A stretch of DNA of 64,000 bases from Octopus vulgaris. Its lineage: Eukaryota. A program made the position numbers and the translations under genes. The DNA lies in the NCBI GenBank assembly GCA_951406725.2, contig OX597817.1, forward strand, positions 153,636,001-153,700,000, given 5' to 3'. The number at the start of each line of letters is the position of its first letter. Position 1 is the first letter of the stretch. This document shows, in pieces, positions 12,703 through 26,180 of the stretch. The notes under the pieces were generated by a model. That model made no database searches. It was given only the letters and a program-made list of their open reading frames with translations, and was not told where the DNA came from.

Positions 12703-13314
12703 ATAAATCTCAGAGCCGATGACGGGTCAATAATCAGAAACTCGAGTCCGTGTGTATCATAAGTTGAAGACGGGAAGGATGGCTTCCTTTTGCAAATACT
12801 GATAGGGTACAGAAAGTGTGTCTATAGCCAGCTGGAGGAGGTGTCTTCCTGGGGCTACAAACTACAGTAGCATCCACCCTTAGGGGTTAGCCATATTTAA
12901 ATGGCAAATATACGTCACGATATATGTATATACATACTATATACATACATATATAATATACACATTACACATACATGGATGCACGTATGCATATATACTA
13001 CATACGTACGCACATAGATACAAAATTATTTACATTCTTAGATACAAACACAGACAGATACATGTATACATACACACTTTCGTACATACATACATACATG
13101 TGATTAAATGAGTCACAGTGTACGTACTGTACTGTGCAAATGTCTCCCCTCAAATAACATCACTTGTCAGAACAAGCGTCAGATCCTCGTTGACGGTTGA
13201 TGCAAAACCGCCGAATGGAAAATCGCTTGGGAGAGACTTGATCGTTGGTTATGGGTACAGGAAACTACTGTTTTAGAGGGCAACATTTGTCGACTAATGC
13301 AAAACGACAACAAT

Positions 13315-13490
13315 GCGAGGGGGTGCTAAAAAAAGAGGATCAGTTAAGTATGGTTTTACACATATTTTCCTCTCAGAGTCACACACTTATTGCAGTTTTT
13401 CTAGGAGCTGTAAAAAAAACTCGGAAGGTTAGGCCTCCAGCCTGGCCATTCACAATATCCTTAAAATCAGGAATTTTCCAACACCGCATC
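13315..13490 (-). mobile_element. mariner transposase C-terminus and TIR remnant
   Basis: Degenerate ...LEA*PSEFF...CNKCVTLRGKYV (cf. mariner FF..GI..L..RW.KC....G.YVE) followed by a TIR-like cgagggggtgctaaaaa. Confidence 0.6.
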
Positions 13491-13589
13491 GCACTGACTT
13501 CAGCCACCACTCGCAAATGAATTTAAAAGAGTAGCATGTACAGTACTTTTTGCTAATCGTTTTAGTTGTCTGTGTAGTTGCGAGTAGAT

Positions 13590-13826
13590 ACAGGTATACC
13601 CCAGGTTCTCCCATTACTGACCCAGCGGGAAATAGAGGAATATGACGGACGGAGGAAGAGATGCAGTCACCAGCACAAGGCTGGTAATCCTTTTTGCCTG
13701 AATAGATTTGAGTAACGCTGAAATGAAGAATCCTGCTCAAGGATAAAACGCGGCACCTGATCCAAGAAACGAATCCAAGAACTTATGATTAGCCAAACAC
13801 TCTAATCACTAAGCCATGCGCTTTCA
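13590..13826 (-). mobile_element. Old tRNA-derived SINE (family D-like)
   Basis: Minus-strand head gaaagcgcatggcttagtgattagagtg resembles 57272. Confidence 0.65.
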
Positions 13827-13926
13827 TGCACACATACATGGGAAAACAGATAGATATGTGCATATATGTATGCGTAATTTTATGCATACGTATGTGCACG
13901 CATATGTAATTGTGTATGCATATGTG

Positions 13927-13968
<42 letters not shown>

Positions 13969-13969
<1 letters not shown>

Positions 13970-14200
13970 TTTATTTAAAAGCAGCAGAAATATAACAAAA
14001 CCTGTTACTCAGAGTTTCACGTTTCCGATCGTCGGACAGATTTTGTCCGACGAACGGGAACGTGAAACTCTGAGTAACAGCTTTTGTGATATTTTGGCTG
14101 CTTTTAGATAAAGCATATTACTCTACCTCTGGTATTTGAGTACTCTTTTTTCCACCTTGTTTCACATTTATGTGTTTACTCCTGTATGTGTATATATCTT
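13969..14200. mobile_element. Penelope-like pLTR remnant with inverted 5' duplication and hammerhead-like core
   Basis: 70-bp arms 13969-14038 and 14044-14113 (7 mismatches by manual count). Core tgt-ccgacga-acgggaacgt-gaaactctgagta-aca. Confidence 0.7.
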
Positions 14201-14461
14201 CTTTTTCTTCTTCTTCCCTACCAAGAATTCACAACGACCTCGAACCCACAAGAGTAAACAAGAGAGACAGAGACAGGCAGAAACAAGGAAAATGCCCCTT
14301 GTATTTGAACACTATACAAATATTCTTTTAAAAACATTTCTTTTAATTTTTCTAAATTTAATTATTTAATTGTTACAGTTGAAAAAGTCTCAATGACTGA
14401 AACCGGTACTGAAATGTTTTTTATAAAATTATTTTAGCATTTTCTATCTTGACTTTTTCTT

Positions 14462-14495
<34 letters not shown>

Positions 14496-14534
14496 GGATA
14501 GCATTCAACTCCATTATTTACTTATATATATATA

Positions 14535-14582
<48 letters not shown>

Positions 14583-14929
14583 GGTGCGTGCGTGCGTGCC
14601 GGTGTGTGTGCATGTGTGTAATTCACTGTTCCGTTGAAGTAGGATCAGCATAAAAGTGTTCCATCCTGTGAGAGATTCATATTAATGTACGACGCTGTAT
14701 TAAAATGTGATCTAATAGTTTCTTGCCAATGGGTCATGTGGTTAGGCAAATTTTTATAACGTTTCTTGTATCTCAAAGTACGGACCTTGAACATTGCTTG
14801 GAGACGCAATGCACATTACAATAATCTGGTTAACCACGTGCCTCAATGCTAAGAAATTATTAGTAGCTTTTATTTTGAGACATTGTATATTGTTTTCTAC
14901 TGTAGACACAAGGCCTGAGATTGTTTTGG

Positions 14930-15281
14930 GGAGGGGGTCCAGTCGATTAGATCGAACCCAGTACGCAACTGGTACTTAATTTATCGACCCCGAAGGATGA
15001 AATGCAAAGTCGACCTCGGCGGAATTTGAACTCAGAACGTAAATACCTATTTCTTTACTACTCACAAGGGGCTAAACACAGAGAGGACAAACAAAGACAG
15101 AGAAACGGATTAAGTCAATTATATCGACCCCAGTGCGTAACTGGTACTTAATTTATCGACCCCGAAAGGATGAAAGGCAAAGTCGACCTCGGCGGAATTT
15201 GAACTCAGAACGTAACGGCTGGCGAAATAGCGCTAAGCATTTCGCCCGGCGTGCTAACGTTTCTACCAGTTCGCCGCCTTA
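14930..15281 (-). mobile_element. SINE family B, head plus tandem unit
   Basis: Two units; the head aaggcggcgaactggtagaaacgttagcac starts at ~15280. Confidence 0.88.
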
Positions 15282-15642
15282 AAAAGATTGTATCTTAAAT
15301 GACTTGTATATATTTTATATTATTTATGCTGGCATGGGTTGGAAGGTGTGACCAGAACTGGCAATCTGGTGGGGAGGAGATGCACAAGATTCCAATCTGA
15401 TTTGGCATAGTCTCTATGGCTGGATGTCCTTCATGACGCCAATCGCTTTAAAGAATTTGCTGGGTGCTTTTACGAGGCACCACACGGGCGCTTTTACGTG
15501 GAATATGTGTGTGTGTGTGTGTATTTGCTTGTGTGTGTGTGTGTATGTGTGTTTATTTAAGTTTATGAATATTGTGGACAGAGCAATGTACTGGCTTGTA
15601 GATGGCTGCAATTGCAGCATAGTAAATGCAAATAACCTAATA

Positions 15643-15782
15643 TAAGGTTGTCCCAAAAGTTCGTAGAAAGTCTTGGAAAATAATGGTTTTTATTTTGAGG
15701 AATAATTTTGTTGTTTTTATTAGTACTTGGCGAGTAAAAATTCAATTTTCGCAAGTGTTTACGAACTTTTGGGACAACCTAA
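15643..15782. mobile_element. mariner-type MITE
   Basis: Perfect 21-bp TIR aggttgtcccaaaagttcgta / tacgaacttttgggacaacct with TA-rich flanks. Confidence 0.8.
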
Positions 15783-16112
15783 TATTATAATATGTGCCAG
15801 TGTCCTTGTGCATTTTTAGTTTAGAAATACTGGTTCCTTATACAAATCTACTAAAACTGTATTACAAAAACAACGTTGTGTCAGGCTATCTTACCGTGAT
15901 CTTCAACAATGATTTTCATAGATAACCTTAGTGAATGAAGTTTGTTTGTATGAAGAGGAGTGTGTTTCTTAACTAAAATTTACTCTGATACTTCCTTTCC
16001 GAGAATCATACTTTCATTTCATATTATTCATGAGTTTCTCTGAGTGTGAGGCGGAGTCTTTCGTCGAGATGTTACGATATTCCTTCAGATTCATTTCATT
16101 GTAATTTTATGT

Positions 16113-16455
16113 TCCGAATCAACGGAACAGCCTGCTCGTGAAATTAACGTGCAAGTAGCTGAGCACTCCACAGACACGTGTACCCTTAACGTAGTTCTCG
16201 GGGATATTCAGCGTGACACAGAGTGTGACAAGGCTGGCCCTTTGAAATACAGGTACAACAGAAACAGGAAGTAAGAGTGAGAGAAAGTTGTGGTGAAAGA
16301 GTACAGCAGGGATCAGTACCATCCCCTGCCGGAGGCTCGTGGAGCTTTAGGTGTTTTCGCTCCATAAACACTCACAACGCCCGGTCTGGGAATCGAAACC
16401 GCGATCCTATGACCGCGAGTCCGCTGCCCTAACCACTGGGCCATTGCGCCTCCAC
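16113..16455 (-). mobile_element. tRNA-derived SINE family C
   Basis: Head tggaggcgcaatggcccagtggttagggcagcggac...ggtttcgattcc carries A/B boxes. Near-identical to copies at 22684, 28810 and 48342. Confidence 0.92.
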
Positions 16456-16734
16456 TTACACTAAATAATAAAGGATTGAAAGACGTTGACTTGTTTTGTG
16501 TGTTTTTGAACGGTTAAAATTGTGTCTTCTACGCTGTAATTGCTTTAGGTTCAAAAGACGGGTCTGATCAAATCACTTATCAGACAAGTTAAGCTGTTAA
16601 TCGATATACTTTATTGAATATCCAGATGACTTTTAATTTTCCAAAGAGGGATAAAGAATCCAGTGAAAGAAAAAAAATAGAAGAAAAGTGAAGGACAGAT
16701 ATAAATGGTATCGATAGAAAATACAACCCCGGGG

Positions 16735-16935
16735 GAAATGAAGAGCGCTATTTCGTCTGCTGTTACGTTTTAAGTTCAAATTCCGCCGAGGTCGACTTTG
16801 CCTTTCATCCTTTCGGGGTCGATAAATTAAGTACCAGTTACGCACTGGGGTCGATGTAATCGACTTAATCCCTTTGTCTTATCTTGTTTGTTCCTTCTAA
16901 TGTTTAGCCCCTTGTGGGCAATAAAGAAATAAGAA
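16735..16935 (+). mobile_element. SINE family B
   Basis: Family consensus gttcaaattccgccgaggtcgactttgcctttcatcc. Confidence 0.85.
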
Positions 16936-17035
16936 AATATAACCCCGGAAACAGGGGAAAAAAGTAAAAACTCCCGTTACCATGTGATTGGTTGGCGTCC
17001 GTCTTCCTTTTGTATTGAACTTTCCTCTGTCTCTT

Positions 17036-17070
17036 GTTTCTGAAGAAGAGCTTTGCTCGAAACATAAAAC
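17036..17070 (+). ncRNA. Minimal type I hammerhead ribozyme-like motif (Penelope pLTR type)
   Basis: gttt-CTGAAGA-a-gagc-ttt-gctc-GAAAC-ATA-aaac: stem I gttt/aaac, intact core and stem II. Stem III ACAT is probably ACGT after CpG decay. Confidence 0.65.
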
Positions 17071-17153
17071 CACCTTTCTTTCCTTCCCTGAGCGTCTGCT
17101 AATAGTTTACATGTACCATGTCTTCGCATTGTTGTTTTTTAGTGTTTGTGCTT

Positions 17154-17205
<52 letters not shown>

Positions 17206-17208
<3 letters not shown>

Positions 17209-17510
17209 TTATATATAAAAGAAAGGTTGTGTGTCTGTCTACTCCGATTTAGATTCCTAACTACTCCCACATTTTGCGGTGCAGTTTAACCAAAACCGGG
17301 TATCTTATAGTCGTGATTCATATCGAGCCCTTCTGGGTATTAGCGCGCGTCTACGATGAGTCTACGATTTTAAAAATAATTTACCATCATTTTTTTCCAT
17401 TTTAATGCATATTTTTTTAAATATAAGGGAAGTAACTCTCTAAAAATGTCTACGATGAGTCAACGATTTAAAAAAAAAATTACCATAATTTTTTTTCCAT
17501 TTTTAATGCA
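17206..17510 (+). mobile_element. Non-autonomous Helitron, 5' portion
   Basis: Begins a|TCtttatatataaaa and matches the 5' half of the complete copy at 44052-44350. Has an internal ~100-bp duplication and no CTAG end locally. Confidence 0.85.
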
Positions 17511-17627
17511 GGAAGGAGTGAAAAAGGCGATAAACACCTTTTGAAGTGTGAGTATATGTGTGTGTGAAAGAGAGGTGTTTTTGTGTGCGTGCGCGCGCGC
17601 GTGTGTGTATGTGTGTGTATGTGTGTA

Positions 17628-17700
<73 letters not shown>

Positions 17701-17879
17701 TTGTGTGTGTTTGTGTGCGTGCGTGTGTGTGTGTATGTGTGCATGTGTGTGTGTGTGTGTATGTGTGCATGTGTGTGTGTGTGTGCATGTGTGTGTGTGT
17801 ACAATGGAAATGGAATGGTAATGTCCAACGCTGAAACTGTGTGAGTATATGTATTTGCGTGTACAAGAGAACTATGTGA

Positions 17880-18112
17880 AACTTTACATATACATGTAAA
17901 GTAAAAAGAAAATCGGTAAACATTATCCAGAATCCTTGTCCGGTACTCAATCGATCCGAAAATCTGATGAGACCGTTCCAGTCACAAGGCCAAACATCCC
18001 TGAAAGTTTCATTCGAATCCATCCGGCGGTTCTTGAGATATCTTGTCCACGGACAAACAAACAAACACAACTGAATACAATATCTCCGCCTTCGCTAAGG
18101 TGGAAGTAATAA
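17880..18112 (-). mobile_element. Helentron/HINE-like element end
   Basis: Minus strand ttattacttccaccttagcgaaggcggag (hairpin), then (GTTT)n gtccg, then gatggattcgaatgaaactttcagg. Confidence 0.6.
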
Positions 18113-18300
18113 TACTAAATCACTGATCATGTTTTGTTCCGCCAAACTATATATGTATATACCTTTAACACGGCTGTGACAATTTTCGCATAGTTTAAAA
18201 AATATTCGAGATTAATTCACACCTTGGTCAATTCACATTTTTTTTTTTACATCGAATATCAAATATTATATTATTTCTTTTATTCACTCATTGCAACTAC

Positions 18301-18646
18301 CGGGACCCCCTTCGGTCACGACACTGACCATGGGATTGCACCTAGAAAGTTACCCTCCTAGTCACAAGTCTGGGCATGGTTGTTTATGGAAGACCAGCAG
18401 TCGCCCATGCATACCGGCCTCTCCTCTCCACGCCACCAGTGTTATCCAAGGGAAAGACAAAGGTCGATACAGCTTGGCACTCGTGACGTCGCAACTCATT
18501 TCTACAGCTGAGTGAACTGGAGCAACGTGAAATAAAGTGTCTTGCTCAAGAACACAACACGCAGCCCGGTCCGGGATTCGAGCTCACAACCTCACGATCG
18601 TAAGCTCGACGCTCTAACCACTGAGCCATGCGCCTTCTACAAGGCG
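18301..18646 (-). mobile_element. tRNA-derived SINE (family D) with 12-bp TSD
   Basis: TSD cattgcaactac at 18289-18300 and 18647-18658; tRNA-like head. Confidence 0.9.
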
Positions 18647-19042
18647 CATTGCAACTACAACATGCAGATAATGCAGTACGCGACATTAGAGTATCAACCA
18701 AAAATACAAACCTAACAGGTCCGTAAACACATTAGCTATGCATTCGGTGAGATCTGTTAAGAAACCGTATGTGACGAAGTGTGCAGAAATGTGAGAGCAA
18801 GGTTAGTTATGTTCGCTGAAAGACATTGTGAAATCAGACAGAAAATATGTTAGCATGGTTGATTAAATTTTTTCAAAGTTGAAATCATGGGATTTCTTAT
18901 TTTTCCAAATATACTCACACCAGATGGCATAAAAAGAGAGAGAGAGAAAAAAAAAGATTAAAAAAAAAATCTACCGATTCGCTACTAATCTTGGTACTTC
19001 CACTGAAATTGATACTAAAGAGAAGGATGAGCGAGAGAGAAA

Positions 19043-19092
<50 letters not shown>

Positions 19093-20609
19093 ACTGTTTT
19101 ATTCTCAAAGATTTATATTTTATATTTAATGATTTGATTGTCAGACATAAATATCATTTTGCCGAGGTCGACTTTCATCCTTTCAAGGTCGATAAAATAA
19201 GTACCAGTTGAACACTGGATCGATGTAATTGTCTAACACCACTCCCCTAAAATTGCTGGCCATGTGCCAAAATTTGAGAGGATATTAAACACAAGAATAA
19301 AGCAGACAAACAATGATAAATATGCCCCATGTCTCCTAATAGTGTTGGTACTCTTTAACATCATTCTAGAAAATACCAGCAGTAAGTTCATTCATAATTC
19401 CCTAATATGTTTTACAACAAGGGGTTCTCAATAAATAAATAAATAAACAGGTATCACAGGGACATTTAATTAAGAAAAATAATAAAACAAAAAAAAAATG
19501 ATAAACTAAAAAAAAGACATACGAAGATAGTGGAACAACGCTAGTAATTTTGGGGAAGGGATTTAGTCGATATCATCGATCCCAGTGCCCAACTGATACA
19601 TATTTTATCGACCCAGAAAGGATAAAAAGGGAAAATTGACCAGGTAGAATTTGAACTAAGAACGTGAAGATGGGCGAAATACCTCTAAGCATTTTGACCT
19701 TCGTGCTAACGATTCTACCAGCTCACCGCTTTAGAGTCTATCTAAATACTGATATATTAAATTAGACAATTAAAAAGGAAATATTCTAAACTTAAACTGT
19801 CTCCCAGAATCTCACAGTTATCAATGAAAAACAAAAACAAAAAAAATGAATTAAAAGGGTAGGGGAAAAAAATGAAATATGATATTTATGTTGAGAAGAA
19901 AAGTAAATATTGAGGAGAAAGAAAAATAAATAAATGAGAAACAATATCAAAGTTGGTGACTCGTAGTTCAACTTAGTGAAATACTTCACAGAAAGATACC
20001 TCCCTCCTTTTTAGTGCAAAATTCAACCGCTATCCCATCGTCATCATCATCATCATCATCATCCAAACATCGCACATGTACACACAACTCACTATCACAG
20101 TTTTTTTTCCTCCAGTCTTTTATAGAAATCATTATTTTCTAAACTGATGACATCCGGAGTAGACTTCCCACTGCTGTTTTTCATTAGGTTCCCCTTCAAC
20201 TCTGTGACCTACAGCAGATTTTTTATATATATTCTGAGATTTAATCACGCCAATGCTACTTTTACTCTGGAGCTAACAACTATAAAACGAAAAACAAACC
20301 AACACACACACACACAGAATTTTCTTTTTGCAGTGCCGCCTAAGAAGACAAAGAGCGTGAATATTGTGACACAGATAGATATAGTTTTTTTTTGTCTTAT
20401 AACCGTAGTAGAGCTTAATAAGTAGGGGATTACTATTTAAAAAAATCTACAACAATCGAAATTGACCTTTGAAGAATCCAGCGAAGCATTTAATTTTTTT
20501 AGCAGACGATTTGTTTTAAACATCTAAATATAAGTCGTTGGTTCTTAATATTTTGACATAAAATTAAGCTAAGCAGAACATATGTAAATGCTTACAATAA
20601 ATATTTACC

Positions 20610-20673
<64 letters not shown>

Positions 20674-20904
20674 CACACACACAAACAGACAAACAAATGT
20701 ATGTATATTTGTTATAGTTGACTGCTTTTCCATTACTTCAAATTTCCCTCTGAAGAAGTGTTCATTGAATGACGTATTTTTCCATGCTTCTATGTGTGTG
20801 TGTGTGTCTGCATGCGTATGTGTGTGTACATATTTATTTATATATAGACACACATGCATGCGCCTCTGTTTAGACGTACACATACATGTCTATGTGAGTG
20901 TATT

Positions 20905-22135
20905 GGTGTCCAGGGCACAGTTTCGACAAAGAAATATGTGAGCCTTGCAGAAGGGAATTTCAAGGCCAGGTTCAATAATCATACCTTGAGCTTCAGGCAC
21001 TGGAATAAAAGGAAAACAACCAAATTATCCAGTCACCTATGGTCCTTAAAAGATAAAGGTGTCAGTGACAACATCCATTGGAAGATCTTAGCCAAGTGTA
21101 AACCTTACACCAACGGCAGTGCTAAGTGCGGTCTTTGTGATATGGAAAGATGGCTCATGTTGAAAAGCAGCTTAGACCCCGCTACATGTCTAAATTCAAG
21201 AACTGAACTTTTTGGTTCATGTCCATACGTGGCTAAATATTTGTTAAGTTTTTGGTCCCCCCCCCCCCCAAAGATTACAGATAGAACTTGCTTTTTATAT
21301 TGTGCTCGCGTACAAGCTTTTTATCTCTCTATACTTTTTAAATATAATTCTTATATATTTTTTACATATATTTTTTTACCTACTTATAGAAATATATTTT
21401 TATGTTTTTATTGCTTTATATATTTTTACACCTTTTCCTGTATTTTACCTTTCATCCTGCATTTTTCTTGTGCATGTGCATATATAGACATGTATATGAA
21501 ATTTTTGCGCGTGTGTGTGTGCGCGGGTATATATATATGTACATGTATATGCACATGTGTATGGTTGCATATGTACGTGGGAGTCCACACGAGTGTAAGT
21601 GACCATATGCATATATAGCATGTATGTGCTTTAGACGTGCATTTGGATATAACTGTGCGCGTATGGTACGTGCACGTGTGTGCGTGTGTGTGTGTGCATG
21701 TGTGTGTGGATTTGTATACGTGTACATGCATATTTGCATATATATGTGCATCTATTTGGCATATGTGTGTGTGTATGCGTGTGTTTCATGCGAGTCTGAG
21801 CGAGCATATGCATATAAGTACATGTACGTGCGTGTCCGTGCGCGCATGTGTATGTATGTAAATGCGCGCACACGCGATCGCTATGAACTTTCTTACTCCT
21901 TTACTTTTTACTTCCTCCCCTTCGGTTTTGTTTTCCCTTATTTAACGGTCATTCTAATAGCTCTTTTGTCTTAACAACGGTCATTTACATAGTAATTTCC
22001 CTTTGTTTAACGGTCATTTTTATAGCATATTTTAATTGCCTCGATAACTGAAGAGATGCCGGTGCAGGTTCTCCGCCCCGACTTCCGAAACTCGGAGTTT
22101 TATTATGGCAACCGAATAATTGTCCCATATTATAT
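20905..22135 (+). mobile_element. Penelope-like element 3' part: GIY-YIG endonuclease fragment plus pLTR with hammerhead-like core
   Basis: KYVSLAEGNFKARFNNHTLSF...WKIL...CGLC...LNSRTEL is a PLE GIY-YIG C-terminal pattern. ctgaaga...gaaactcggagtt at 22048-22099. Confidence 0.8.
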
Positions 22136-22138
22136 TAC

Positions 22139-22171
<33 letters not shown>

Positions 22172-22212
22172 TGTATGTATGTATGCATGTATGTATATAT
22201 GTATATACATAC

Positions 22213-22257
<45 letters not shown>

Positions 22258-22680
22258 TTTCGTTATTTTGAATTAAAGGTCTGAATTTGTGAATTTCAGC
22301 AAACATTTCTACCAGTATTTATTCAACTATTTCCAATTACCAACGTATCTTACAAATTTTCCTGAGATACCGCTCTTTCATCAAAGACACATTCGCTGAA
22401 AAAAATTTGTCGAAATATTTTCGCTAAAAGACAAACTGTTCGAAAGTCAAATTGATCGTAAGCACAATTAATGTAGAATATCTTAGAAACAAGTATATTT
22501 TTAAAATGTTAAGAACAAATGAATTTTTTAATGAAATATATTTTGTGTTATGAGGGGAACGGGTTGTCATTATATACGGTGTCCTCAAGAATAAATATTT
22601 GAATGTCCCAACTTCTTCAGTGATGATTGCAGTATTACTGATTTCTAAAATAGATTCTTGTGTCACAACAGATGTATATA

Positions 22681-23061
22681 AAAGGAAGCACTCCGTCGGT
22701 TACGACGACGAGGGTTCCGGTTGATCCGACCAACGGAACAGCCTGCTCGTGAAATTAACGTGTAAGTGGCTGAGCACTCCACAGACACGTGTACCCTTAA
22801 CGTAGTTCTCGGGGATATTCAGCATGACACAGAGAGTGACAAGGCCGGCCCTTTGAAATACAGGTACAACAGAAACAGGAAGTAAGAGAAAGTTGTGGTG
22901 AAAGAGTACAGCAGGGATCAGTACCATCCCCTGCCAGAGCCTCGTGGAGCTTTAGGTGTTTTCGCTCAATAAACACTCACAACGCCCGGTCTGGGAATCG
23001 AAACCGCGATCCTACGACCGCGAGTCCGCTGCCCTAACCACTGGGCCATTGCACCTCCACC
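22681..23061 (-). mobile_element. SINE family C, full length with TSD
   Basis: TSD acagatgtatata at 22668-22680 and 23062-23074. Confidence 0.93.
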
Positions 23062-23334
23062 ACAGATGTATATACACAAGAGATGTATAAAAAATACTGT
23101 TGTTTTCGTTCCATAAAAATCTCTTAAAGACTCACAGGTAATTTTGATTTTTAACTGCTTCAGTTGCGTACACTGAGATTTCATTCAGCTCGGCTATTCA
23201 CTATCAGTAAAGGCATTATTCACTGTTTTCTATATACCGAAGTCGAAAACTTTCATGTAGGCATATGGCTAGCTAGTACTGGGGGGATTTTTCGGTCGTC
23301 TGCGATATATATATCTTATATTTTTAACACAGCA

Positions 23335-23750
23335 CTCTTTACTCTTTACTCTCTTTTACTTGTTTCAGTCATTTGACTGCGGCCATGCTGGAGCACCGCC
23401 TTTAGTCGAGCAAATCGACCCCGGGACTTATTGTTTGTAAGCCCAGTACTTATTTTATCGGTCTATTTTGCCGAACTGCTAAGTGACGGGGACGTAAACA
23501 CACCAGCATCGGTTGTCAAGCAATGCTAGAGGGACAAACACAGACACACAAACATATACACACACACACATATATATACATATATACGACAGGCTTCTTT
23601 CAGTTTCCGTCTACCAAATCCACTCACAAGGCATTGGTCGGCCCGGGGCTATAGCAGAAGACACTTGCCCAAGGTGCCACGCAGTGGGACTGAACCCGGA
23701 ACCATGTGGTTGGTTAGCAAGCTACTTACCACACAGCCACTCCTACGCCT
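23335..23750 (-). mobile_element. SINE family A
   Basis: Full family consensus. Confidence 0.92.
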
Positions 23751-24193
23751 GCACGTTGATAAGAGATTGTTTGTTTTTCTTCCTTTTAGAAGAAAACCGC
23801 AGTATCTTGCTAATTCTTTTTCTCCTCTTCACACATTTTCTTCTTCATATTTTGATGAAATAATTAGGAGATTATAATCATGCAATCAGAGAAAGCTCTA
23901 TAAGGTTACGGTTGGAGATTAGGTTTTGGATTATGGTATACAGTTTAACTCTAGTGTTACACAATGATGAAATAACTGGAAAGAGTTGAATTTGTGATTT
24001 TTTTGTTTTTTATTTATTTATAATTTCGTTTAAAAAAATTTAATGTTAAATGTTTAGAATACAGGGATCCGAAAAATAGTTTCTAAATCTATCAAAAACT
24101 CAAAAGGGAGGATGCTTATCGCAAAACTCAACAATGAAGTTGAAAGGTATACCACTATGCAATATTGAAATATATATTTCAAATACATTTTGT

Positions 24194-24276
<83 letters not shown>

Positions 24277-24564
24277 TTCGTGTGTGTATACATATTTACA
24301 CAGAGAGACTGAAACGCTCATACACAGATATACACACAGACACAGATACATTATATATATATATATGTATGTTATTTTGTAATAATTACTGGTATCCTTA
24401 TTTATTAATATATTTTATATCTTATATGTAAAGCATTATATGTTATACATGTATGTATATTATTGTATTTGTCAGTTTAGTAAATAAATATATAAGTTAA
24501 CATAATATAATATCTAAAAGTTGATGAACCATCTATTGATCCCCTCCATTTTCTTATTACTATA

Positions 24565-25552
24565 TTTTGATTTTTGATTTGATTTTGATTTTCCAGTTTC
24601 AGCTAATGCTGGGGCACCGCCATTTGGTTTGCTACACGGCTTCACCTCACGGATGCTTTTTAGCAAACGCCATCTGATGCATGAGAGAGTTCGATGCAGC
24701 TGCCCTCATCTGCGCCTCCTGCCGTGAAGTTGGTTCATCCGGGACACCTGACAGGAAGAGATCCAGTCCTACTTTAAAGACATCCGCATCCACACCATGC
24801 AGGTCCCTCAGGTTCTTCGGGAGGATATTGAAGAGCCGTGGGCCTCTGAAGCCCAGGCTATCACAATATCTTGTCCTACATCTTGATGGCAAATTTGGAG
24901 TCCTTGGTACTACGCAGTGGCGTCCGGTTCTGGCATTTGTGTGACTTTCGATGCCAAAGTCTGGGACAAGACCTTCCAGGATCTTCCAGATATATATTAT
25001 GGCATATCTTTCTCGCCTACGCTCCAGGGAATAGAGCTTTAATCTCTTGAGTCTCTCCCAGTAGCTCATATGCTGCACAGAGGCTATCTTCTTCGTGTAG
25101 CTTCGTTGGATCGCCTCAAGTTCTGTGATCAACTTGACACTGGATGGTGACCATAGCTGAGAGCAATAGTCAAAGTGGCTTAGGACAAGTGTCTTCCAGA
25201 GGACCATCATGGTTTCTTGTTCTCTTGTTCTAAAGGTTCTAAGAATCCATCCAGCCAGCCGTCTACATTTCAATGTTAGTTTAGCAACATGTACATGAAA
25301 GGTCGCGTCATCACTCATGTGAATACCCAGGTCACGCACTGATTGTGCCTCTGGGATTGCAATCCCTCCGGGTCCAGTGTATTCATTGGGTATTGCATTC
25401 AGTTTTGCATGCTGATAGTATAAAGCTTGAAACTTTTCAGCATTGAACTGCATGCTATTCTTTTCAGCTCACTTGTATATTTCGTCCAGCTCACATTGCA
25501 GGTGCTTAGTGTCTTCAGGGTTCTGTATTGCCTGTGAAACTTTTGTATCATC

Positions 25553-25558
<6 letters not shown>
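24565..25558 (-). mobile_element. 5'-truncated CR1-group LINE (RT C-terminal half, one premature stop)
   Basis: YADDTK...IYK*AEKNS then ORF 24647-25453 with VRDLG, LWKTLVLSHFDYCSQLWSP and LYSLERRRER. Has an (AAAATC)-like 3' tail, and its 5' end is fused to (TA)n. Confidence 0.9.
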
Positions 25559-25626
<68 letters not shown>

Positions 25627-25802
25627 TAGCTGAATGAATCCTAGTATGGATAATTCGGTTAACCGATACCCAGGTAGCAAATTTACGTCAGAAGACGGCA
25701 TAATGCACCCTTTATTCCTTCGGAAATAAGAATATGCAGTCTTCGAAACATATGTCGAGAATAAAGGAATTTTGTTAAATCGTCGTTCGACTCCATTCTT
25801 TC

Positions 25803-25858
<56 letters not shown>

Positions 25859-25921
25859 GCAGACAATACAAGACATATATACATTTGCAATACACATGTA
25901 TGTGTATGTGTATGTATATTC

Positions 25922-26180
25922 TTTTATTCTTTTATTCTTTTACTTGTTTCAGTCATTTGACTGCGGCCATGCTGGACCACCGCCTTTAGTCGAACAAATC
26001 GACCCAGGACTTATTCTTTGTAAGTCAAGAACTTATTCTATCGGATCCTCTTTGCCGAACTGCTAAGTTACGGGGACGTAAACACACCAATATCGGTTGT
26101 CAAGTGATGGTGGTGGTGGGAGGACAAACACAGAAACAAATAGCAAATACATACGTACATCCGTCTACCAAATCCACTCA
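25922..26180 (-). mobile_element. SINE family A, 3' half
   Basis: Family tail; truncated where the Tc1 fragment begins. Confidence 0.85.

Noticed and set aside
16370-16455. tRNA gene-like sequences (also ~23050, ~29190, ~48720, ~57272)
   Set aside because: These are tRNA-derived SINE heads continuous with SINE bodies, several bounded by TSDs; not tRNA genes.
20171-20217. ctgctgt...acagcag hairpin as a possible pre-miRNA
   Set aside because: Only ~11 paired bases with large bulges.
21260-21618. Hydrophobic C-terminal extension of the 254-aa ORF, suggesting a membrane protein
   Set aside because: AT-rich/microsatellite read-through after a C-run at the end of the GIY-YIG fragment.
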